Shown piece after piece: positions 9,949-20,044 of a stretch of DNA of 48,644 nucleotides; the first letter of the stretch is position 1, and every line of letters starts with the position of its first letter. The position numbers were made by a program, and so were the translations under genes. Source of the DNA: an uncultured Acidobacteriota bacterium (GTDB taxonomy: Bacteria > Acidobacteriota > UBA6911); contig CAWHCF010000033.1 of NCBI GenBank assembly GCA_963827655.1, forward strand, positions 1-48,644, read 5' to 3'. The notes beneath the pieces are model-generated. The model ran no database searches and was not told the origin of the DNA. It saw only the letters and a list, made by a program, of their open reading frames with translations.

Positions 9949-11304
9949 TTACTTCGGCGCGGCGATTCCGAACACGTGCTTCAACCCGCGGATGATCAGC
10001 ATGCCGTTCGTGAGCGCCGGCGTCGCCATGACCACTTCGCCCATCTTGTTCGTCGCCAGCAGCTCGAACGTGGGCCCGGCTTTCACGACGTAGACGTCGC
10101 CGTCTTCGCTGGCGGCATAGAGGCGGCCCTCCGTACCAACTGGCGACGACGCGAAGGCGCCCCCGGGACCGAGGCGTTGTTCATAAAAGCGCTCGCCGCT
10201 TTTCGCGTGGTAGACCGTGAGCACGCCCCTGTGATTGAAAACATAGAAGTGATCGCCGTAGACGATTGGCGTGGGGAGGTACGGCGCGCCTCGATCGGTG
10301 CGCCAGGCAATGGCTTCCGGCTTCACGTCGCCCGCGGAACCGGGTCTCAGCGCGACGATCGGCTGGATGAAGCGAAAGTAGCCGCTCGCGAGGTAGATCA
10401 GATTGTGCGCGACGAAAGGCGTGGGCACGGAGATCATCGAGGTGCCCTTGATGCGCCACAGCTCTCTGCCGGTATCTGGATCGTAGCCGCGAAAGTACTC
10501 CGTCCCGTTGGTGACGAGCTCGGCGCGATCGCGCCCTTCGTGGACCGTGGGCGTCGACCACGAAGGCAGGCCTTCGCGCTCCGTCTGCCACACCCGCTTG
10601 CCCGTGGCAGAGTCGAACGCTGCGATGAATGACCCCTTTTGCTGATCGCACTGCACGATGACGCGGTTCTTGTAAAGGATCGGCGAGCTGGCATTGCCCC
10701 ACTTGTAATCGGGCACGTCGAAGGCGCCCTGGTCGAGCGCGCCGACGTCCTGTTTCCATAGCAGGTTGCCGTCAAGGTCGAACGCGTAGAGGCCCTCGGA
10801 ACCGAAGAAGGCGACCACACGCGTGCCATCCGTGGCAGGGGTGGCGGAGGCATAGCTGTTGTGTGGATGGCGGGCGACTCGGGGCTCCATCTCGGCAGCG
10901 ACTTTCTCCCACAGGAGCTTTCCGCTCCTTTTGTCGAGGCAGAAAAGCTTGAACTGGTGTTTCGCGAGATCGGTGCGGCGGTCGAGCTGCCCGACCAGCG
11001 GATACTGAAAAACGGACTTGGGATCGTTCGAGACCGCGCTAGTGACGTAGATGCGATCGCCCCATACGATTGGACTCGAGTGACCAAGGCCAGGGATTGG
11101 CGTGCGCCATGCGACGTTCCGATTTGTCTCCACGTCCCACGAGATGGGGACGCCACGTGTTTCGAGGATACCGGTTGCCTCCGGGCCTCGGAAGGAGGGC
11201 CAGTTCTGGGCCTGCACCGAGGCGGCTACAAAGATCCAGATCAACCGCCTCGAAAGGCGGGCGAGACTGTCGAAGCGCGTCGGAGGGCGATCGAGAAAAA
11301 TCAT
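9949..11304 (-). CDS. PQQ-like beta-propeller repeat protein (BamB-like family), secreted
   Basis: AQNWPSFRGP, GHSSPIVWGDRIY, YASATPATDG, SWSTP, PTPIV, ATPA repeat motifs; AGGAG RBS. Confidence 0.9.
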   Translation of the reverse strand: MIFLDRPPTRFDSLARLSRRLIWIFVAASVQAQNWPSFRGPEATGILETRGVPISWDVETNRNVAWRTPIPGLGHSSPIVWGDRIYVTSAVSNDPKSVFQYPLVGQLDRRTDLAKHQFKLFCLDKRSGKLLWEKVAAEMEPRVARHPHNSYASATPATDGTRVVAFFGSEGLYAFDLDGNLLWKQDVGALDQGAFDVPDYKWGNASSPILYKNRVIVQCDQQKGSFIAAFDSATGKRVWQTEREGLPSWSTPTVHEGRDRAELVTNGTEYFRGYDPDTGRELWRIKGTSMISVPTPFVAHNLIYLASGYFRFIQPIVALRPGSAGDVKPEAIAWRTDRGAPYLPTPIVYGDHFYVFNHRGVLTVYHAKSGERFYEQRLGPGGAFASSPVGTEGRLYAASEDGDVYVVKAGPTFELLATNKMGEVVMATPALTNGMLIIRGLKHVFGIAAPK

Positions 11305-11418
11305 TTGTGTTTCTCCTTCAAGAAGCTCAGGTGTTCCTTCGTGGGTCCGGTCCGAGGCATGTCTTCACGAAGCAGCTTACAATTTATTCAGGCCTTCGAA
11401 CGAAACTGTCGATCAATC

Positions 11419-11940
11419 TCAAGATGAACATCTGTGCCCGCCGTCCCGGTCGTTCAACTCTTTCTTCATGGTCAGTGACGCCCCGCTCTGTGCCGCGATT
11501 TCAAATCCCAGACGTTGATAGAGACGTATCGCGGGGTTGTCGGATGACACACTGAGCGACAACGCCCGATGTCGAAAGCGGACTTCTTCAATCAAATGGC
11601 GCAGGAGGTCGGTTCCTATTCCTTGCGCCCGGTATTCAGGAAGTACGGCAATCGATAGTTCCGGTATTTCATCATCAACATAACCATACCCCTTGTTCTC
11701 TGCCGTAAACATCCGCACCCAGGCGGCGCCGACAGGCAATGAGGTCGATGCATCAACGGCAACAAAGCCTGTGTCGCCTCCTTTGCCCCAGTGTAAAACG
11801 TACCTGGCAATTCCAGGTTCGTTTACCACTTCCCTGGAAAACGGCGGCTGTCCCGCCGGAACATGAAGCGCGGCATACAGCATTTCCCAAAGAAACTGCT
11901 CGTCCTCGGCGGTTAATCGTCGAATGAAATAAGGTGACAC
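11419..11940 (-). CDS. GNAT family N-acetyltransferase
   Basis: ELSIAVLPEYRAQGIGT acetyl-CoA motif and LSLSV..NPAIRLYQRLGF. Confidence 0.92.
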   Translation of the reverse strand: MSPYFIRRLTAEDEQFLWEMLYAALHVPAGQPPFSREVVNEPGIARYVLHWGKGGDTGFVAVDASTSLPVGAAWVRMFTAENKGYGYVDDEIPELSIAVLPEYRAQGIGTDLLRHLIEEVRFRHRALSLSVSSDNPAIRLYQRLGFEIAAQSGASLTMKKELNDRDGGHRCSS

Positions 11941-12106
11941 AATCTTCTCCCGATCATTATCTTCATGATACCCGAAGGTGCGCTGGTGTTTCTTTGTGTC
12001 TTCGCGTCTTAAAGGTATTTGTCTCTAACACGAATCTTCGGCGGAAGGCATCATCTTGTGAACACTTGCTGCCGGGCGCGCGTATACTCACCACACGGAG
12101 GTGGAC

Positions 12107-14525
12107 ATGCTACCAGACATGCGCCTGGCCCTGCGTCAATTGCGACTCAATCCCGGCTACAGCGTCATTGCGATTATCGTAATCGCGCTCGGCATCGGAG
12201 CCAACACGGCCATTTTCAGTATCATCGACGCAGTGATCCTGAAGCCGCTACCCTATGCCGAACCGGACCGGCTGGTGATGCTGTGGGAGACCAGGCCGGA
12301 TCGCGGTGGCGGGCCCAACGTCGTCTCGGCGGCAAACTACCTGGACTGGAAAGCGCGCAACACCAGCTTTGACGCAATGAGCGCCATGCTCTTCAGAACC
12401 GGGAGCATCACCGGCGCCGGCGAACCGGAGGAAATCCGTCTCCAGCTCATTGCCGAAGATTTCTTCCCGATGCTGGGCATTTCGCCGGCGCGCGGACGCA
12501 ACTTTACCAGGGAAGAATGCCAACCTGGGGCTCCCCCTACGGCCATCCTGAGCGATCAGCTCTGGCAGCGTAAATTCGCGCGCCGACCCGTCGATTGTCG
12601 GAAGAACGATTCGTCTCAACAGCGACGCCGTGACGGTGGTCGGCATCGCGCCGCCGCGAGTCCTCACCATAAGCGATCGCCCGCCGGAGTTATGGCTGGC
12701 TCTTCGGATTCGCGGCGTGAGTGACAGCGGCGCCCGGGCGTCCGGCCGAAACTTCTCCGTGCTCGCCCGCTTGAAGCCAGGGGCGACCGTCGGCGCAGGC
12801 CGATGCCGAGATGAAGGCGATGGCCAAGCAGCTGGAGCAGGAGTACCCGCAGTTCAACTCCAACTGGAGCGCGATGGCGGTTCCGCTCACGTCGGAAATG
12901 TACGGCAAGGCGCAGACGCCATTGTTCATCCTGCTGGGCGCGGTGGCGTGCGTGCTCCTGATTGCGTGCGCCAACGTCGCGAATCTGTTGCTGACGCGCG
13001 CGGCCGGCGGGAGCAGGAGCTTGCCGTCCGCGTGTCGCTGGGCGCAAGCCCGTGGCGCATCATGCGGCAACTGCTCGCCGAGAGCATGACGCTGGCGGTC
13101 ATCGGCGGTGTCCTCGGGATCGTTCTAGGCGCCTGGCTGATTCAAGTAATGAAAGCGGTGGGTCCGGCTGACATTCGCAGGCTGGATCGCGCGGGTCTCG
13201 ACGCCGGCGTCCTGGGTTTCACAGCCGTGCTGATCTTCGCTACGGGCATCCTGCTGGGTCTTGCGCCGGCGCTCGCCTCGGCGCGGCGCGCCCTCAGTCC
13301 CTCGCTCCGCGAGGGTGGGCGCGGGTCAACCGGTGGCGCACGGATGAACCGCTTGCGCGATGTGTTCACGGTCGCCGAGGTGGCGCTGTCGTTGATTCTT
13401 CTGGTGGGGGCCGGTCTCCTGCTTCGCAGTTTTGCCCGGCTGACCGCGGTGGAGCCTGGATTCCGCACCGATCATGTGCTCACCGCGAATATCAGCCTGC
13501 CAGGCGCCCGATACCGCGATCAGAAGGACGTGCAGTTCTTCGCCGAGCTCGGCCGCCGCGTCCGCGCGCTGCCTGGCGTGGTCAACGCGAGCACCATCAC
13601 CTTCCTGCCATTTAAAGGAATGGGGTCCGGCACTTACTTCTGGCGGGACGACAAGCCGAAACCGGCTCCCGGCCAGGAGCCTGTCACGGATGTCCGCATG
13701 GTGCAGGCGCTTTACTTCGAGACCATGAATATTCCGCTTCGGCGCGGGCGGACGTTTACCGAGGCCGATAACGATCCCAAAACGCCGCTGCGGTTCGTGG
13801 TCAACGATACCATGGCCCGGCAGATGTTCCCGAACGAGGACCCGATCGGGAGGCGGCTCGTGGTCCAGATGAGGAACGAGAACCCGCCGGGCGAGATCAT
13901 CGGCGTGGTCGGCGACATCCGGCACGGCAGTCTGGCCGACAAGGTCCGCCCGATGGTGTATTATCCGCAGGCGCATCTGTCGTTCGGCTTCGGCACCCTG
14001 GTTGTGCACACGAGCGTCGATCCGCTTTCCCTGTCGCGGCCGGTGGCGGGCGTCGTGCATGAACTCGACCCGGAACTGCCGGTCTCCGAAGTGGGCACAA
14101 TGCAGCGCTGGGTGGACGAGTCGCTGTCACGGACGAAGTTCCAGACCGGACTGCTCGCCGTATTTGCCGGGTTGGCGCTGGCGCTCGCGCTGCTCGGAAT
14201 CTATGGCGTGATGTCGTACGGCGTCGCCCAGCGGACGCATGAGATCGGAGTGCGGATGGCGCTGGGCGCGCAGCGCGGCCACATAACGCGGATGATTCTC
14301 TCGCGCGGGCTCGGGCTGACCCTCACGGGGTTGGCGCTGGGTCTGGCGGGAGCGTTTGCGCTGGCGCGCTATCTGGAGACGCTGCTGTATGAGATCAGGC
14401 CGGCCGATCCGCTGACGCTGGTTTCGGTAACCGCCGTGCTGCTGGTCGTCGCGCTTCTGGCGGCGTTCTTCCCGGCACAGCGGGCGGCCAGGGTCGATCC
14501 GATGGTAGCCCTGCGCTACGAATAA
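12107..14525 (+). CDS. ADOP-type ABC transporter permease (MacB_PCD/FtsX repeats), interrupted by three single-base frameshifts
   Basis: [59 protein letters not shown] motifs spread over three frames; shifts near 12579 (+1), 12792 (+1) and 13008 (-1); GGAGGT RBS before ATG 12107. Confidence 0.9.
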
Positions 14526-14588
14526 GCCGGTCCTTCTCCCAGGTTTGGCTGACTGCCGCAGCCGGAGAGCACCAGACCTTCCTCGACA

Positions 14589-14597
14589 TGTTATAAT
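14589..14597 (+). promoter_or_regulatory. Extended -10 promoter element TGTTATAAT
   Basis: Perfect TGnTATAAT in the intergenic region after the permease, followed by palindrome TGGAACATGTTCCA at 14609-14622. Confidence 0.5.
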
Positions 14598-14679
14598 CCG
14601 GGTCTGTGTGGAACATGTTCCAGGCTCTCGCTGCCTGGGCTTCCGATCACCACACTTGACGCGGAAATCGCTCGCAGGG

Positions 14680-15065
14680 ACAAAGCGGTAGCCTCCCGTC
14701 AGGTGGGGATGGTGAAGCAAGCTTCACCAAACCATGGCGGTAGCAAGCTCTGAACTTACACGCATCTTGTATTGGTCCAGAACGAATGGTTACGCCAGCT
14801 CTGCGCCCTGAAAGGGCGCAGGAAATTAGCCGGGGGCAAGCGGAGCGCTGGCGCCGGGTCACACACCGGCACAGAGACGCGACCGGGAGGGGCGCTGGAC
14901 GCTGCCCCTCAAAAGCTCCTGCGCCCCTCCAGGGCGCATAGACTATAAACCCCAAACCCCGGGCTGCGCTTCGCTTGCCCGGGGCTATCGATCGCCCGTC
15001 CGGGGCGAAATCGCTGAGATCGATGAGATGCGTGTAAGGTTAAGAGCAAGCTACCGCCTCCAAGG
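14680..15065. repeat. Mosaic of REP-like palindromic elements
   Basis: TGCGCCCTGAAAGGGCGCAGGA (14802-14823) is inverted to 14917-14938; TAGCCGGGGGCAAGCGGAGCGC (14828-14849) is inverted to 14966-14987; hairpin TGGTGAAGCAAGCTTCACCA and GCGGTAGCAAGCT / AGCAAGCTACCGC motifs, with a related motif near 27660. Confidence 0.7.
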
Positions 15066-15113
15066 GCGCGGCCGCGAATTTTCGGAACGCAGCTAAATAA
15101 GGAGGGTGTGTCG

Positions 15114-18100
15114 ATGAGCATTGGCGCCATCGGAATGATGGCTGTTGCGCTGCTGGATGCAGGTTCACATCGTTTCGATTTCGGTCCGGCTGGTTCGGCT
15201 GTCGCCGCAGGCTTTACTGCGGTTGCGCCGGACACCCTGTACTCGAAGCAGCGCGGCTACGGCTTCGAAACGGCACCGGCCGGAGCCGGCGTTATCGACA
15301 AGAACACCACGACCGTTGACGCCCGCTTCAAACACACCTGGCGGGTTGAGACGGGAATGGCCTGGCTGAACGAGATGACCCGCGATTATGTCACGGGGCC
15401 GGCCTTCCGTTTTCGTGTCGACGTGCCCAACGGCCGATACGACGTGGTCGCGACGCTGGGCTACAAGCATCCGCTGCGCGGGCTGTCGGTATCGGCCAAC
15501 GGCCGGGAAGTGGCGCGCGACCTGGCCGTGTTCACCTACCACTACTCGATGCGCGGCTTCCTCGACGACAGTGTGGGCGCGAACTACGCGGTGCGCTTCA
15601 CGGCCGATGCCACGCAAGGGGCCCTGGTGCTCGACTTTTCCGGTCAGGGGTTGGCCTCGCTCATGGGCTTGACCGTCGCTCCGCATCGCGACCTGCCGGC
15701 TTTCGCAGTCGAGGCCGGAAAGCTTGCCGACGCACAGGAGCGGGCGGGGCTCATAACCGATCCGATACACCGTGCCTGGGCCTACATGACGCTCGCCGGA
15801 CACCCGGAGGCCGACGGCCATTCCGAGAGCCGATGGATCGGGCAGGCGCGCAACCTTCTTCACGACGCCGCGCGCCGGAATCCGGCCGATGTCACGGTGG
15901 CCGATCTATTGACGCAAGCCGAACAGTTCATTGCAGCCGTCCGCTACTTCAACGAGCGCGACGCTGCCAACTCGGAGGTCGCCACCATCGGCAGGTTCCA
16001 CCTGGCGCACGCTCTCTGGCGGCAGTTCGGCCCCGAACATCCCTTCCACTGGAAGGGCCAGGTCTACACCGGCCGGATGTACGCCGGACCTTTCTGGTAC
16101 AACCCCAAGGTTCAGATCTCGGAAGTCGGACTCGACGTGCTGCGCAAGGTGGAAGCCCGGTTTCCCGACAACAAGTACGTGCAGCTCTACCTGCATCAGA
16201 AGTGGTCGCCGAAGGAGTGGAAACTAAACGAGTATCCCGCGCCGCCAGGCACGCCGCGCTGGGCGGAGGTTCTGCGGCGCGCGTTCGGCCAGGTACTGGA
16301 CCATGCCGAATGGTGGGCCGACTTCCGGCAGCGCCCCAACGGCTCGCTCGGCGGCGGCTGGAATGACGATGTCGAAATAATGCCCGTGTTTGTGACCAAC
16401 TGGTCTATCAGCCCGGACGCATCTCCGAAAGTTGGCCGGATGCTGGATAAGTTCACGGAAGGCGAGTGGCACAGCGGCAACCTCGACCAGCGGCGCGCTT
16501 TTTCGGCAGCGTTCTCGGATGCCGAACACGCCGCCGAGGATCAGGGCAATTCCCTGCCCTACCTGACCGGCGTGCTCTACGGCAATGCCCGCTACCTCGA
16601 CTGGAACATTCGCACGCTCGAATACTTCCGCAACTACCTGACCGGCGTGAACGATGCCGGACGCCGCCACTTCCGCAGCGCCGACTTCGATTCCACGCGC
16701 TACGCCCAGGATCTCGAGCGCGGCGCCCGGGACGTCGAAGCGGCCATTTGCTATCGCGCCTTCGGCCCCGTGTCGTGGTTGATCTGGTACAACGGCAATC
16801 CAGTCGCAAAGCGATTGCTGCTCGAGCATGCCGAGACATGGCTCGCCGCCGCCATGAGCACTCAGAAGGGCAAGCCGCGCGGTGTGATACCGGTCCAGCT
16901 CGGCTTTGATGATACCGTGGGCGGACCCGATCCAAGCTGGATGGGAAAACCCGGGCTGGGCGCCGGCGGCCGGTGGCCCGACTACCTGTGGTATCTGCAC
17001 AGCCTGCTGCTCGGCGCGTATTCGGCGACCGGCGACCGCAAGTACCTGGCGCCTTTTGACGAGCAGTTCGCGCTCGTCGAGCGTATTCGCGCCGGGGGCC
17101 GGTATGAGAAGAAGAGCGATGCCCCGGAGGGCTCGGAGCTGTGGGTCTACAATAACATCGTGACCAATCCCGGTTTCGCCGATGCGTTCTGGTTGGTGCG
17201 GGAACTCACCGGCGAGCGCCGCTTCGACCCGTTCCTGCTCGAGACCGGCCGTCCGTACGTGCGCTACCGTCTGACCGGCGACAAGAATCTTCTGGTCGAC
17301 GATATCGAGCAGAGTGTGAACCAGCCGATGCGGCAGCGCTGGCCGCACATGTCAAGCGAGGGAGTGCTGACCGACCGCATCGGCTACAATCCGCGCACTG
17401 TATCGTACATGGCAGGCGCGCTGCCGGAGATGAGCTACCAGGGTTTTCCGCATCACGCCGTGACTTATACCGGCGCAGGACGCGACTTCGCGGCCGTAGT
17501 CGAAGCGGCCACGGCGAAGGAACTGCGGCTGCTCTATTACTCGTTTGCCGACCGTCCCCGGCGAGTCGGCTTGCGCCCGTGGAAGCTCGAACCCGGCGCT
17601 CGCTATCGCATTGCGGCGGGGCAGGAAACGCGGGAGCAGGAACTGGCCGAGCGTGGCGAGCCGATCGAGGTCATGATTCCGCCGCGCCAGGAAGTGGTCG
17701 TGCGCATCGAGCAGATCGCGCCCGCGCCCGCGCCCGCGGCCCGCGCGGATCTCGGGCTCACGACTCACGACATAGGCTGGAACGCGCAGACCGATCAGAT
17801 CGAGGCTACCATTCACAACCTGGGCGCGGCCGATGCGCACAATATTCAAGTGGCGTTCTACCGCGGCAAGGAACTGCTCGAGCGCGCGGTCATTACCCGC
17901 ATCGGAGCTCCGCTCGACCTTCAGCGCGAAACCATCACGGTAGGCACCTGGCGCCATCGCGATACCATGACCGAGGGGGACGTCGTGACCGTGGTGGTGG
18001 ACCCGGACGGCAAGATTCCCGAGATAACCCGTGTCAACAACCGCGCGTCCTGGCGGCTGGCGCTCAACGACGCGGATCGTGAACGGATCGAGACGCGCCG

Positions 18101-18941
18101 CCTCACCATGTTCGATCGCCGCGCCAACCTCGGCGCCTCGCCCATCCGGCAGGTCCGGACGGTGACCAACGTCGTGTACGGCGACGACGACCCTGAGATG
18201 CAGCGATTGGATGCTTACCTGGTTTCAAGCGAGAAACCCACGCCGGTGATTATCGAGTTTCACGGCGGGGGTTGGCGGACGGGGGAGAAGAGCGAGCTCG
18301 ATCTATACGGCGGCTTGCTCCACACCCTCATGCGCGAAGGCTACTCGGTCATTTCGGCGAATTACCGTCTGACGCCGAAGGCGATCTGGCCGGCGCAGCG
18401 CGACGACACGCGGCGCGTGCTCGAGTTCGTTCGGAGCAAGGCCGCGGAATGGAATCTCGACCCGGAGCGCGTCGCTCTGATCGGAGGCTCGGCCGGGGCG
18501 CACCTGGCGCTTGCGCTCGGATTGCCGCCGGAAGCCCGTGTCCGGGCGATTATCGACCTGTGGGGGCCCAGCGACCTCGAGATGATCAGCCCGCGTGTTG
18601 CTCGAGGCGAAGCGCTCACGGCGCTGTTCGATGCAACCGCCGAAGAGTATGAGAAACCCGGGCCGGCCTTGAAACAAGCCTTGCGCGACGCCTCACCGCT
18701 CCATCAGGTCACTGCCAAGTCACCCCCGGTTTTCATCGTGCATAACGGGCCGTCCGATGCCGCCGGCCCCACCGATCCACGCATTTCGGGAAGCAATATG
18801 GGCGTTCACTCGGCCGCCTTCGGACTTGCGCTTGCCGCCCGGCTGCGCCAGGCTGGAGTTACTCATGAGGTGATGATCGCGCCTGACGCGAACCAGAAAT
18901 TTCATCAGCAGGCGGTTCAGTTCCTCAAGCGTCACCTGTGA
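15114..18941 (+). CDS. Large multidomain protein: galactose-binding-like N-domain, uncharacterised helical core, CARDB-like domain, C-terminal alpha/beta hydrolase (esterase)
   Basis: RFDFGPAGS..AGFTAV...YS..RGYGF and FRVDVPNGRYDV at the N-terminus; ATIHNLG...VVVDPDGKIPEITRVNN (CARDB-like); HGGGW, SANYRL, GGSAG nucleophile elbow; GGAGG RBS 8 nt before ATG 15114. Confidence 0.85.
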   Translation: MSIGAIGMMAVALLDAGSHRFDFGPAGSAVAAGFTAVAPDTLYSKQRGYGFETAPAGAGVIDKNTTTVDARFKHTWRVETGMAWLNEMTRDYVTGPAFRFRVDVPNGRYDVVATLGYKHPLRGLSVSANGREVARDLAVFTYHYSMRGFLDDSVGANYAVRFTADATQGALVLDFSGQGLASLMGLTVAPHRDLPAFAVEAGKLADAQERAGLITDPIHRAWAYMTLAGHPEADGHSESRWIGQARNLLHDAARRNPADVTVADLLTQAEQFIAAVRYFNERDAANSEVATIGRFHLAHALWRQFGPEHPFHWKGQVYTGRMYAGPFWYNPKVQISEVGLDVLRKVEARFPDNKYVQLYLHQKWSPKEWKLNEYPAPPGTPRWAEVLRRAFGQVLDHAEWWADFRQRPNGSLGGGWNDDVEIMPVFVTNWSISPDASPKVGRMLDKFTEGEWHSGNLDQRRAFSAAFSDAEHAAEDQGNSLPYLTGVLYGNARYLDWNIRTLEYFRNYLTGVNDAGRRHFRSADFDSTRYAQDLERGARDVEAAICYRAFGPVSWLIWYNGNPVAKRLLLEHAETWLAAAMSTQKGKPRGVIPVQLGFDDTVGGPDPSWMGKPGLGAGGRWPDYLWYLHSLLLGAYSATGDRKYLAPFDEQFALVERIRAGGRYEKKSDAPEGSELWVYNNIVTNPGFADAFWLVRELTGERRFDPFLLETGRPYVRYRLTGDKNLLVDDIEQSVNQPMRQRWPHMSSEGVLTDRIGYNPRTVSYMAGALPEMSYQGFPHHAVTYTGAGRDFAAVVEAATAKELRLLYYSFADRPRRVGLRPWKLEPGARYRIAAGQETREQELAERGEPIEVMIPPRQEVVVRIEQIAPAPAPAARADLGLTTHDIGWNAQTDQIEATIHNLGAADAHNIQVAFYRGKELLERAVITRIGAPLDLQRETITVGTWRHRDTMTEGDVVTVVVDPDGKIPEITRVNNRASWRLALNDADRERIETRRLTMFDRRANLGASPIRQVRTVTNVVYGDDDPEMQRLDAYLVSSEKPTPVIIEFHGGGWRTGEKSELDLYGGLLHTLMREGYSVISANYRLTPKAIWPAQRDDTRRVLEFVRSKAAEWNLDPERVALIGGSAGAHLALALGLPPEARVRAIIDLWGPSDLEMISPRVARGEALTALFDATAEEYEKPGPALKQALRDASPLHQVTAKSPPVFIVHNGPSDAAGPTDPRISGSNMGVHSAAFGLALAARLRQAGVTHEVMIAPDANQKFHQQAVQFLKRHL

Positions 18942-19178
18942 CCAGGACCATGTCGGCGCGCGCGACGAAGCCAGGATCGGTCTGCGTGGCGGCGGTTCAT
19001 CAGACCTATCGCAAGTGCGTGATCGGAATGATTTAGCCTGAAAAGTCTTATCCTGTCATGTCACGAGTCATTTGCGATCATCCGCAAACATCCGGTAACA
19101 AGGCCCGTGCAGACTCACGTCAACGTGACACGTTGACGAATGCAGTGACGTGGTCAGTGGCGGCTTTGTGCCACCTAC

Positions 19179-19213
19179 GGGGCCGGACGGGCTTGATAGC
19201 CCGTCCGCACATG
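19179..19213 (-). repeat. REP-like palindromic repeat family A, copy 1
   Basis: Exact reverse complement of 23199-23233; internal hairpin CGGACGGGCT-TGAT-AGCCCGTCCG. Confidence 0.85.
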
Positions 19214-19247
19214 TATCGGGTCGTTTTCGCAGCAAAGGAGCAAGAAG

Positions 19248-19961
19248 ATGAAAACCTTGAACCTCAATACCAATGCCGTGACCGTCAGCCTTCTCGCGTT
19301 CACACTGGCCGCCCTGAACCTTCGTGGGAGCGAAGACCCGAAGATGGTTCCGTTATTCGACGGCAAAACCCTCAAGGACTGGAAAACCCACGGGGGCAAG
19401 GCGACCTACCGGGTCGAGAACGGCATGATCGTCGGAATGACCGTGGAAGGGAGCCCGAACACTTTTCTTTGCACTGCCAGGAACTATGGAGATTTCGTTC
19501 TGGAGTTTGATGTGCTCTGCGACAAGGAATTGAACTCCGGAGTACAGATCCGCAGCCACGTTTACGAAAAGGACACGCCGCAGCCCTCGCAGCCCACACG
19601 CATCCGCAAAGCAGGTGAGGTATTCGGCTACCAGTGCGAAATAGCCTCACAGGACCTAGGCACGGCGGGCAACTTCTGGGACGAAGCGCGTCATACCAGG
19701 TGGTTCGACGACTTCGCCATGAAGCCCGAGGCGAAGAAAGCCTTCAAAGACGGCGAATGGAATCACTACCGCATCGTGGCTCAGGGAGACCATATCCGGT
19801 CGTGGGTCAACGGTGTATCCTGCGCCGATTTTCGTGACTCGACTGACGCATCGGGCTTTATCGGCCTGCAAGTCCACTCCGTCCAGCCGGGCACAGGCCC
19901 CTTCCAGGTCCGATGGAAGAACATCAAGATCCGTGAGCTGAAGGCCGGCGAAAAAATTTGA
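19248..19961 (+). CDS. DUF1080 family (3-keto-glycoside hydrolase/hydratase-like) secreted protein
   Basis: LFDGKTLKDW, YGDFVLEF, NSGVQIRS, GYQCEI, EWNHYRI, GFIGLQVH, WKNIKIREL; AAGGAG RBS and signal-peptide-like N-terminus. Confidence 0.93.
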   Translation: MKTLNLNTNAVTVSLLAFTLAALNLRGSEDPKMVPLFDGKTLKDWKTHGGKATYRVENGMIVGMTVEGSPNTFLCTARNYGDFVLEFDVLCDKELNSGVQIRSHVYEKDTPQPSQPTRIRKAGEVFGYQCEIASQDLGTAGNFWDEARHTRWFDDFAMKPEAKKAFKDGEWNHYRIVAQGDHIRSWVNGVSCADFRDSTDASGFIGLQVHSVQPGTGPFQVRWKNIKIRELKAGEKI

Positions 19962-20044
19962 ACTCGCGCACAGCGGAGGCTTCGCGCGGTGGAGGGACCG
20001 TGTGATGGGCAGCTTGTGTTCCGCGACTGGCGGATCGCTCGCGG

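Noticed and set aside
12107-14525. Programmed frameshifting or true pseudogene for the first permease
   Set aside because: No slippery heptamer at the shifts and all motifs remain intact, so assembly error is the simpler explanation.
14609-14622. LexA box for the GAAC-GTTC palindrome
   Set aside because: The spacer is 2 nt rather than the 4 nt of the GAAC-N4-GTTC box, and no SOS gene follows.
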